DNA of 64,000 nucleotides from Phycisphaerales bacterium (lineage in GTDB: Bacteria; Planctomycetota; Phycisphaerae; Phycisphaerales; UBA1924). Positions 43,524 to 51,164 of the stretch are shown here, in pieces. The position numbers and the translations under genes are program-made. The stretch lies in contig OZ245777.1 of the NCBI GenBank assembly GCA_965227775.1, forward strand, positions 2,624,001 through 2,688,000, written 5' to 3'. Within the stretch, counting starts at the first letter, position 1. Each line of letters begins with the position of its first letter. The notes below the pieces were generated by a model that saw nothing but the letters and a program-made list of their open reading frames with translations, was not told where the DNA came from and searched no databases.

Positions 43524-43820
43524 ATGAACCACGTTACTCGGCTCGCTCGCAAGTTCGCCCCGCGCATGGGCTCCGTCAAGGTCTCCAACGTCGGCATGGC
43601 CGCACTCGCGATTGGTGCAACGGCTGCGGTGGCTATGGCGACTCCGCCCGACATTGGGGCCATTGCTCCGCCGGTGAGCATCGACAGCATCGGTACCTCC
43701 ATCACGGGTGGTCTGCAGACTCTGTTTGAGACCATCGTGCCGATCGCTCTCTCGGTCGCCCTCGTGCTGGGCGTCGTCACCATGGGTCTCCGACTGCTGC
43801 GCGGTCGTCGCCCTGGCTGA
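43524..43820 (+). CDS. Major coat protein (pVIII-like)
   Basis: Leader ending AMA; 59-aa mature part with acidic N-terminus, TM helix and basic C-terminus LRLLRGRRPG. Confidence 0.8.
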   Translation: MNHVTRLARKFAPRMGSVKVSNVGMAALAIGATAAVAMATPPDIGAIAPPVSIDSIGTSITGGLQTLFETIVPIALSVALVLGVVTMGLRLLRGRRPG

Positions 43821-43859
43821 CACTCGTTGCTCGATGGCGGAAGCTGTCGGGCGGCTTTC

Positions 43860-44039
43860 ATGGACCCCGAAACTCAGGCAATCATCGACGCTCTAGCGGC
43901 CGTACAGGCCGAAGTGGTGACGCTATGGTCAATCGTCCTCTGGCTCTTCCGCTGCGTTCTCTTCTGCATGGGCTGGGCGCTCATGTCCTTCGCTCTCCGG
44001 CCGCGTGGATGGCTCTTCTCGCCCCCGCGATCGCCCTAG
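43860..44039 (+). CDS. Small single-TM protein, candidate minor coat
   Basis: MDPETQAIIDALAAVQAEVVTLWSIVLWLFRCVLFCMGWALMSFALRPR. Confidence 0.6.
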   Translation: MDPETQAIIDALAAVQAEVVTLWSIVLWLFRCVLFCMGWALMSFALRPRGWLFSPPRSP

Positions 44040-45328
44040 CACAGACGACCCCAACGTACACGCTCGAAACGCCCTCGGGCACGCTCGCGTCGATCCAATC
44101 GGACAGCGGGCTCGCCGTCGTCTGCACGTTCTACCAGCCCGTGAAGTTCGTATCGATGGGCATCGAAAACGGTTGGGAGTGGGGCCGCTTCGTCGAGGAT
44201 GGCACGAGCCTCGTCGGCACCGATGCTGCGCTCCACGGCCCGTATCTGCCCAGCCGCTCCGTGGGTTCGCGCAACGTGTGGTCCTTCGGGGAGGTGGATG
44301 CCTCATTCGCGGAGCCCGTTCAGGCCGTGTACCCCGGTGAGGCCGCGAACCTCTCACCGACCGTTCAGGCGGGATGGATCGCGGACCATCTCTACCTCGA
44401 CATCTCGAACAGCATCTGGCGGAACAACACGGCGCACGCGAACCCTGATCAACTGGGTTCCGCTCGTGCGTGGCCGGAGCAGCCGAAGCTGAATCTAGAT
44501 TTCGCGACGCAGCTCACCGCCGGCACACCGCGTGTTGTCAAGGGTGTCATTGATGAACCGGCCCCCGGCTTTACGGATCGCTACTACCGGCGACTCGCTG
44601 AGGGCGGTGAGACCTGGGCGTTCGTGAGCACTACCGCGCTCACGAAGCCGTCATTCCCGTCACAGGATCCCATCCACGTGTGGACGGTGGAGATCACCGC
44701 TGACCCGTTCAAGGGTGGCGACAGCGGGGGCGGCTCATTCGACCCCTCGGGGATCATCAATGCCATCGTTGCCCAAACCAATATGCAGGAGGCGTACTTC
44801 AACACGTGGTCCAGCATCTTTGCGAACATGGACGCGAACATCTCCGGCGAGCTGTACGGTCAGAACTGGGAGCAGCGCGACAAGACGCGCAACGACCACC
44901 TCGCGATCATCTCCTCTCGTACTGGTTCGTTGCTGTCGAGCGTGTCGCAGCTCAACAGCTACGCGAACCAGATACTCCAGGCCATCCAGCCGACGCAGGT
45001 CCCGCCAACGCTGGCCGGCCTCGGCGAGAACACGCCAACGCCCGAGCTGCTGATCGACCCCGTCGAGCAGATCCCAACCGTGGATGAGGTCAGGCCGGAC
45101 GGCTTCGACCTGCCCGGCGCACCACCGGACCCGAGCGGGCCACCCGTGTGGAACTTCACCTTGCCGCTGGGCTCCATCCCGATGATGCAGGACGCGTTTG
45201 GGGATCAGCAGTTCTCGGTGGATCTGTCGAGCTGGGCCACGTTCGTCCAGTCGATCCACTCGCTCGTCATCCTCATGTTCACGCTGTTCATGTTCTTCGC
45301 CGTGATGGCTGAAACGGAGAAGAGCTGA
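43925..45328 (+). CDS. Adsorption/attachment protein (pIII-like)
   Basis: Signal peptide ending AIALA, GGDSGGGS linker, Pro-rich stretch, C-terminal TM; sits between coat and pVI-like genes; start may be 44009. Confidence 0.72.
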   Translation: MVNRPLALPLRSLLHGLGAHVLRSPAAWMALLAPAIALAQTTPTYTLETPSGTLASIQSDSGLAVVCTFYQPVKFVSMGIENGWEWGRFVEDGTSLVGTDAALHGPYLPSRSVGSRNVWSFGEVDASFAEPVQAVYPGEAANLSPTVQAGWIADHLYLDISNSIWRNNTAHANPDQLGSARAWPEQPKLNLDFATQLTAGTPRVVKGVIDEPAPGFTDRYYRRLAEGGETWAFVSTTALTKPSFPSQDPIHVWTVEITADPFKGGDSGGGSFDPSGIINAIVAQTNMQEAYFNTWSSIFANMDANISGELYGQNWEQRDKTRNDHLAIISSRTGSLLSSVSQLNSYANQILQAIQPTQVPPTLAGLGENTPTPELLIDPVEQIPTVDEVRPDGFDLPGAPPDPSGPPVWNFTLPLGSIPMMQDAFGDQQFSVDLSSWATFVQSIHSLVILMFTLFMFFAVMAETEKS

Positions 45329-45657
45329 TGTTCGCGTGGTTCCGTAGCGTCCTCATCACGCTCCAGCAAGAGTTCTGGGAGAGCCTCTCCGTGTTCGTGG
45401 ACGCAGTCCTCGAATACATGCTCCAAACCCTCTTCGGCGTGCTCGACTGGTTCCGCGACCAGTTCCCCAACGTCATGGACACGCTCAACATCGACGGCAC
45501 GCTCACCGCCATCTGGGCGAGCCCGTTCTATGACATCGCCGCGTTCTTGATCCCGGTGCGCGAGCTGTTCGCCATTTGGGCCGTTGCCATGGTCCTCGCG
45601 GGCACCATCCGCATCACCCGGTTCATCATCGGATGGATCCCAACGATCGAAGGCTGA
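45328..45657 (+). CDS. Minor coat protein (pVI/DUF2523-like)
   Basis: 109 aa hydrophobic, ends ITRFIIGWIPTIEG, immediately upstream of Zot. Confidence 0.72.
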   Translation: MFAWFRSVLITLQQEFWESLSVFVDAVLEYMLQTLFGVLDWFRDQFPNVMDTLNIDGTLTAIWASPFYDIAAFLIPVRELFAIWAVAMVLAGTIRITRFIIGWIPTIEG

Positions 45658-45660
45658 CCA

Positions 45661-47070
45661 GTGGACTTTCAAACCGGCATCGTGTTCATCGAAGGTCTGC
45701 CCGGAGCCGGTAAGAGCTTTGCGGCCGTGGAGGAGCTGGTCCGCCAGATCGTCAAGAACAAGCGGCAGGTCTTCACAAACCTCCCGATGAGCGATGCGGT
45801 GCTGCGCAAGTATCTTCGCCGCACGGCGGGCAGAGACGCATTCGCCAATCTCTACGTCCCGCTGACCGAGACGCACTGGCGTCGCTTCCTCGAGCGAGCG
45901 GAGCGCGTCTCGAACATGCAAGAGCAATGGTCGGCCGAGCTGGACGATCTGGGCGTGAAGCGTCGGTCTAGTGCGGACTTCCTGAAGTGGTACGACGAGA
46001 AGACCGGCGACAAGGCGATCACGCGCGGCAAGGACGCCAACTGGATCCCGACTGGTGCCGTCGTCATCCTCGACGAGGCCCACAAGTGGTGCCCGCAGTC
46101 CGGCGCGCACAAAGACTCGACGCTGCTTGGCTACACGTCGATGCACCGCCACTTCTACCACTTGATCTACTGCGTCACGCAGCACCCCATGAACGTCGCG
46201 ATTGAGTTTCGGCGGATGGCCAAGACGTACATACGCGTGGACAACGCCGGCTCACTGCCGATCCTCGGGCCCATCACGCTCAACCGGCTCGGCCTCGCAA
46301 CCAACCTGGCGCGGTACTGCTACTACAGCCCGGAGACCTACAAGCTCGCAGCTGACAGTGGGGGGGTCCAAGGCTCTCCAGACCGTACACGCATCGTCTG
46401 GTTCACGCTCAAGCGTCATATCTGGAAGCTGTACAACTCCAACGTGCACGCGGGCATGTCACGAGCCGAGCAGCGACGTCTGCACGAGCGGGTACTCGAC
46501 GAAGCCGGCGTAGAGCTTCCCAAGGCTGACAAGCCGCGCAAGAAACACCGAAAGCGGACGACGATGGTGCGTCGGTTCGCGGGGCTGTTCCGCCTCGCGT
46601 GCTACGGCCTTGTGCTGTTCGTGACGCTCATTCTCGGCGTCACCATCGGTCGCCACACTGGCGAGTCAACTTCCGAAACGCCCGAGCAAGCGGGCACACC
46701 TACGGAGATCCTCACAGATGCAACGACCACGATACCAACGCTCGAATACCTATCCGACCAGTGGGCACGGCTTGACGGGGAGCGCGTCGATGTTGGAACG
46801 ACCCATCGCGCACACGTGCTGCTCTCGGTCAGCCGCGACGACGGCTATGCGGTCGTTGTTCCTGTCGATGGCGACGGCGATGCTTGGCTGCTCGTCCCTG
46901 GTCGAGAACCCGAAAGCCTCGGCGCCGCCGATCAGCTCCTGGCTCGATTCCGCGATGAAGCGCGCAGACGCTTTGCCGAGGGCGGAATCGCAGGCCCAGA
47001 GCAGAGAGCCACTACCGAATCCGGAAGTGTCGATCCGGGCCAACGGCGTGAAACTTCCCCAGCTCCTTGA
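45661..47070 (+). CDS. Zot-like / pI morphogenesis ATPase
   Basis: Walker A GLPGAGKS, Walker B VVILDEAH, HRH and VTQ motifs, basic patch then TM. Confidence 0.93.
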   Translation: MDFQTGIVFIEGLPGAGKSFAAVEELVRQIVKNKRQVFTNLPMSDAVLRKYLRRTAGRDAFANLYVPLTETHWRRFLERAERVSNMQEQWSAELDDLGVKRRSSADFLKWYDEKTGDKAITRGKDANWIPTGAVVILDEAHKWCPQSGAHKDSTLLGYTSMHRHFYHLIYCVTQHPMNVAIEFRRMAKTYIRVDNAGSLPILGPITLNRLGLATNLARYCYYSPETYKLAADSGGVQGSPDRTRIVWFTLKRHIWKLYNSNVHAGMSRAEQRRLHERVLDEAGVELPKADKPRKKHRKRTTMVRRFAGLFRLACYGLVLFVTLILGVTIGRHTGESTSETPEQAGTPTEILTDATTTIPTLEYLSDQWARLDGERVDVGTTHRAHVLLSVSRDDGYAVVVPVDGDGDAWLLVPGREPESLGAADQLLARFRDEARRRFAEGGIAGPEQRATTESGSVDPGQRRETSPAP

Positions 47071-48067
47071 GGATCTGGTTGCCGACTACGGCGTGCCAGT
47101 CACGTCGCCGGCGTCTGAGGACACAGTGGACCTGTGGTTCGTCGGGCCGCTCTCGCAGGCACTTGGCCTCATTGCAGCGCAAGTTGAGATGAATCTCGCC
47201 GAGACCGTCGACGGCTATCACCTTCTGGCGAAGACGTCGGCCCGGGTCACGCCGTCTCAGTTCGTCGGACCTGAAGAGGCGTCGGCTGCCGTCTCCGTTG
47301 CCTATCCCGATCTCTCCGTAGCCGTCGCTGGCGGATCGCTCGTGATAGCGGGGGAGGGCGTGGACGATGCCGCGTCTCTGGTGGAGTCTCTCAACGCCTT
47401 GCCGGCGACCTGGATGTTGGATGTTCTTGTGGTGGAGCTGCAGGCTTCGGCCGCGCGTGAGCTCGGTCTCGACTGGTCCCTCGGCCTGACGCTCAGTGCA
47501 CGAGCGGACGCTGGCACGGGCATCACAGCCACACAGGGGCCGGTGCTGGGTGGCCGCGCTGCTGCTATCGCCGAAGTAATCGGCCGGCTTCGGGCTGAAA
47601 CCCGCTTGGCCAGCCTCGCAAACCGGGGAACGCTCTACCTGCTCGACGGCCAGTCCGCGACAATGAGACAGGGCGATCAGATACCAGTGCCTCGACGCGT
47701 GACGAGCGCAGAGGGCACCGTGTCAGTTGTCGGGTTTGAAAACATCGAGACCGGATTCACGCTCACTGCAACCGCGCGGCCAGCGGGGGAGTATGTACGT
47801 CTCGATCTGGCTCCGACGATCTCAGAGGTCTCGGGGTTCGTACAGAACGAAGCGCCGATCCTTCTGGAGCGATCGGCCGAACTGGTGGCTTTGGTCCGCC
47901 CGGGGGAGTGGTTGGTCGTTTCCGGTTTCGACCGAGCGAGCAACCGTGAAAACCGATCTGGGATCAATGCTGCAAGCCTGCTGACCTCAGCAGAGAGCGC
48001 TACCGATGAGACCTCAACGATCGTCATGCTCGTGCGCCTGTCGTCCATCCTGGCGGCTGTGCAGTGA
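46847..48067 (+). CDS. Secretin (pIV-like exit channel), probable lipoprotein
   Basis: ARELGLDWS, LLDGQSATMRQGDQIPV, IETGFTLTATARP, GEWLVVSG secretin motifs; MRSLFLSMATAMLG-C lipobox at ATG 46847. Confidence 0.85.
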   Translation: MRSLFLSMATAMLGCSSLVENPKASAPPISSWLDSAMKRADALPRAESQAQSREPLPNPEVSIRANGVKLPQLLEDLVADYGVPVTSPASEDTVDLWFVGPLSQALGLIAAQVEMNLAETVDGYHLLAKTSARVTPSQFVGPEEASAAVSVAYPDLSVAVAGGSLVIAGEGVDDAASLVESLNALPATWMLDVLVVELQASAARELGLDWSLGLTLSARADAGTGITATQGPVLGGRAAAIAEVIGRLRAETRLASLANRGTLYLLDGQSATMRQGDQIPVPRRVTSAEGTVSVVGFENIETGFTLTATARPAGEYVRLDLAPTISEVSGFVQNEAPILLERSAELVALVRPGEWLVVSGFDRASNRENRSGINAASLLTSAESATDETSTIVMLVRLSSILAAVQ

Positions 48068-48228
48068 CGGCTGTTCAAACGTTCGCGGTGTATGCCTGCT
48101 CGTTGCTGTACTGGATCGCGGACGCGGTGACGCCCGGTCTCAATATCGCGTACGTGGTCGCCGCCCTGCTCATTGTCGTATTCGTGAAGCCGCCGCGACA
48201 GAAATGCGAACCAACGCAAGCCCTCTAG
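48064..48228 (+). CDS. Small membrane protein (54 aa)
   Basis: GTGA overlap with secretin stop; MTAVQTFAVYACSLLYWIADAVTPGLNIAYVVAALLIVVFVKPPRQKCEPTQAL. Confidence 0.5.
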   Translation: MTAVQTFAVYACSLLYWIADAVTPGLNIAYVVAALLIVVFVKPPRQKCEPTQAL

Positions 48229-48809
48229 ATGCGCGACGCGGCCGCGTAGGCGGCCTCCGCGATGAACGCTGCCAGTGGCTCGGGGTCATACCCCGTGCTC
48301 GCCCGAACGTGCAGGATGGGCAATCCAGCTGCTTCGTAGGCCTCATCAACGAACTCGTCCCGAGCCCGTCGCTTCGGCGAGTTGTGCGAACGATCGTCAA
48401 GTTCAATGACGGCGATTGGCTGCTGCCCGAGGCACACCAAAAAGTCGACGTGTTTCGACGAGATGCGATTAAACCAGTGTTGCCATCGAGGCGTCCCGGG
48501 CACGACCTGCAGGATGTCGGCGATCCGGACCTTCCGGTGAATGCGTACGTGCGGGTCGTCGACACACGCACTGAGAACCTCGTCGAATCGGGCCTCGGCG
48601 GCGCTCATGAAGGCCGGCGATATGACGTACGGTGGTGGCTCTTTCGGCGGCGGAGACGGCTTCGGCGTGGTCGCCGGCGGTGGGCTCGCGACCTCGCTGC
48701 GGGACCGAAGGTAACCCTTGTAGTAGTCCTCACGTTCGCCGGAGATAAGCCCAAACAGCCATCGCAGAAACTGAAGCAGGGGTGGCTCAGGGGGTGGTCG
48801 TCTGCCCAT
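48225..48809 (-). CDS. DUF2726-like domain protein
   Basis: FMSAAE...KVRIADIL...KHVDFLVC...IELDDRSH...RDEFVD...AGLPILH; start may be 48860. Confidence 0.85.
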   Translation of the reverse strand: MGRRPPPEPPLLQFLRWLFGLISGEREDYYKGYLRSRSEVASPPPATTPKPSPPPKEPPPYVISPAFMSAAEARFDEVLSACVDDPHVRIHRKVRIADILQVVPGTPRWQHWFNRISSKHVDFLVCLGQQPIAVIELDDRSHNSPKRRARDEFVDEAYEAAGLPILHVRASTGYDPEPLAAFIAEAAYAAASRI

Positions 48810-49006
48810 TATGGGTGGCCTGTCGTCGGGTGTTGGAGCGCCGGAGAGTGCGCAAACCATAACCCGATCTCACCCGCGAGAGGTGATCGGCACAACCCCA
48901 GTTGCACAAACGCAGATCGGCGAGTATCCCCTGAAATGGGGGGTGAATGCAACAGGCGCCCCCCGTTCAGCTCCACGCCGCAAGTTTCTTTGCACCCACG
49001 CAGGCA

Positions 49007-49618
49007 TCAACGAATGAGACCTCGACCATCGTCATGCCGGTACGTCTGGGGTCGAGTCTCTTGCGTGGCTCGTGAACGCATGCCTTTGAGTTCATCAGAC
49101 GGCACGCTGCGAATCGTGTGCTGCAGGAACTTCACCACTTGCGCCGGATCGGTTGGTCTGGGGTCCGAGATGCACAGCACGGGCAACCCGGCAGACCGGC
49201 ACGCCGCATCCAGGAACGCGTCGGGTTCTCCGCATCGGCGCGAGCGATCGGTGAGTTGGATGATCGCGACAGGTCGGGTGCCCGCGCACACCAGAAAGTC
49301 CGCCCGCTCTGGAGAGATGCGACCAAACCAGAACGACCACTCCTTACAGCGTGGCGGGATGGTCAGAACGTCGATCATCCGAACCTTGCGGTGGAGGGTC
49401 AGGTGAAGCTCGTCGGCGCAGGACCGGATCAGCTCGTCAAGGGCGATCTCGGCTTCGCTCATGAAGGACGGTGCAACCTCGTAGGGCATCTGGGCTTCGT
49501 CGCCCCCCCTCGATTGGGTGGGGCCGTTGACTCGCGAGACTCGTGGTTGGCTCGAGAGCATCGCAGGAAGTCGCCGCATGACGGCGAAGAGGGGCTTGGA
49601 TTTCGTCGTGCTGTGCAT
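49007..49618 (-). CDS. Divergent DUF2726-like paralogue
   Basis: FMSEAE...HRKVRMIDVL...ADFLVC...IQLTDRS...AGLPVL; start uncertain. Confidence 0.7.
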   Translation of the reverse strand: MHSTTKSKPLFAVMRRLPAMLSSQPRVSRVNGPTQSRGGDEAQMPYEVAPSFMSEAEIALDELIRSCADELHLTLHRKVRMIDVLTIPPRCKEWSFWFGRISPERADFLVCAGTRPVAIIQLTDRSRRCGEPDAFLDAACRSAGLPVLCISDPRPTDPAQVVKFLQHTIRSVPSDELKGMRSRATQETRPQTYRHDDGRGLIR

Positions 49619-49727
49619 GGTGGAGTTGTCCCGTGAGCGTGTTCATCGATCCCCAAAGTGGGGGTGTGTTCCAGCGGGCGAGCGAGTCGTTCGATCGGAA
49701 GCGGGCATCCGCCGATAGGTGCCTCAG

Positions 49728-50015
49728 ATGAGTCGCCGTGAGGCCTTTAGCTTCGTTCTTCAGGGTGAGGACCTCGACCAGCTCCGAGCCGCACTGCTGG
49801 CGGCGCAGGAGCACCACCTCGATCGCGCCCGCCACTGGCGCCGAGAATCGGGGCCCGGTTGCAATGAGGCGGCACGCGACGCGGTGCAGGCTGCGGACCG
49901 GTGTCGCAGGCTCTGGGCATTGCTCGCTGGCGTGCGTTGCTGTCGCTGCGAGGGATCCGTTCCCGTCGGGGATGTCGCGCGCGATGACCTACTGGCCTTC
50001 CTCGATGGCCGCTAG
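49728..50015 (+). CDS. Phage hypothetical protein
   Basis: Helical-looking ORF MSRREAFSFVLQGEDLDQLRAALL..; no recognisable motif. Confidence 0.4.
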   Translation: MSRREAFSFVLQGEDLDQLRAALLAAQEHHLDRARHWRRESGPGCNEAARDAVQAADRCRRLWALLAGVRCCRCEGSVPVGDVARDDLLAFLDGR

Positions 50016-50203
50016 ACGTCCTCCGTGGGCCGCGCGACCGTCCTCTTTCGTCGTCTCCGTGCCAGAGCAACCCCGTCCCCGATGGCGGAGCATGCCCCTT
50101 GCGGGCGTACAATGCCGCCGGCGGGGACGGGGTTGCGGCGAACCGCACCGTGCGTCCGATTGCGGCGACATGATGGACCATTCCAACCCCCTTCGCCGGC
50201 TGG

Positions 50204-50749
50204 CTACTGCGCCCCAGCAGACCCGCCAATCGTCGTAATCGATCCGTCGAGCGTCACCTCACCGGACGCGGCATCGACCACGATCCCCGACAGCCCAATG
50301 CGGCCGACGCTCGTGGGCGTTCCACCGACGACGCTGGGGTAGAACTGTGCTCTCGCTCGCGAGTACCGCCAGCCATAGGACGCAGCGCCCGTGGCGTCAT
50401 CCCGGACGGCCAAGAGGGTCTGAGCATTTATCGCGTTTGCTGGCCACTCGTGCAAGTACGGCCCGCAGCCACCTGTAGGAGTCACATTCCCCTCGGCATC
50501 GGTCTTGTTCACAAGACGCGCGACAATCAGGGCCGCGTTGGCCGGCGCCCCATTGGATCGCTGCCCCAACGGCACGGTGTGCTCAGCGTTGTAGAGCTCG
50601 GCTGCCCGCTGAAGATGCCCAAGATCCTGCATGAGGCGGTGTGCGCGGGCGTTCTGAGTAGCGGACGCCACGCGGGGCACGGCGACCGCCGAAAGGATTC
50701 CGATAATCGCCAGCACGATCACGAGTTCGATGAGTGAGAAGCCCCGCAT
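50204..50749 (-). CDS. Prophage-encoded type IV pilin / T2SS pseudopilin-like protein
   Basis: Class III signal RG|FSLIELVIVLAIIGILSAVAVP; GspG-like ELYNAE and GPYL..WPAN. Confidence 0.88.
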   Translation of the reverse strand: MRGFSLIELVIVLAIIGILSAVAVPRVASATQNARAHRLMQDLGHLQRAAELYNAEHTVPLGQRSNGAPANAALIVARLVNKTDAEGNVTPTGGCGPYLHEWPANAINAQTLLAVRDDATGAASYGWRYSRARAQFYPSVVGGTPTSVGRIGLSGIVVDAASGEVTLDGSITTIGGSAGAQ

Positions 50750-51051
50750 TAACATTGCGTTAACTGTCGGAGCCCCAAACCCCCCAACTTAGGGGAATTA
50801 AACTCCCTCGCTCGCCAAAGTGCCAAATGCCAACGTGCCAAACGGTGCAATCGCACACGACGTACCGGAGACCACCAACGCGGAGCCAGGTAAGTGCGTA
50901 CGCTGTGTTGGTGTTTCACTGGGCGAGCCCAACGCCCCCGGTGTGACCGAACACGCGGGCAATCTTCCCCCGCCCCAAAAAAACTTCTAGCCGCTCACCC
51001 CGATAAGTACGACTCGTATCGTCTTGTGCTTCAAGAGCTTGCGCTTCTGTA

Positions 51052-51079
51052 ATTCAACATAACTGGTATTATCGGCGAA
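51052..51079 (-). other. dif-like XerC/XerD recombination site (attR)
   Basis: Minus strand TTCGCCGATAA-TACCAG-TTATGTTGAAT: 11-6-11 layout, right arm one mismatch from E. coli XerD arm TTATGTTAAAT. Confidence 0.85.
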
Positions 51080-51164
51080 ATGTGGACAGCGGGGGTGCCG
51101 TCGGGTTCGGGATTTCTGCGGTCCAGGGGCAGTGCGGCTGGGGCATGGCCATCATTGACCACGC

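Larger units (their letters stand above)
40812..51069 (+). mobile_element. Integrated filamentous (inovirus-like) prophage at a dif-like site (IMEX-type)
   Basis: 19-bp direct repeat AATTCAACATAACTGGTAT at 40812-40830 and 51051-51069; gene order SSB-Rep_trans-small TM proteins-pVIII-pIII-pVI-Zot-secretin; no integrase. Confidence 0.92.

Noticed and set aside
45661..47070. Zonula occludens toxin as a virulence factor
   Set aside because: Gene context shows it is the pI-type assembly ATPase; nothing supports toxin activity
48006..49406. 466-aa plus-strand ORF in the prophage
   Set aside because: Arg-rich, no motifs, antisense to the two DUF2726-like genes
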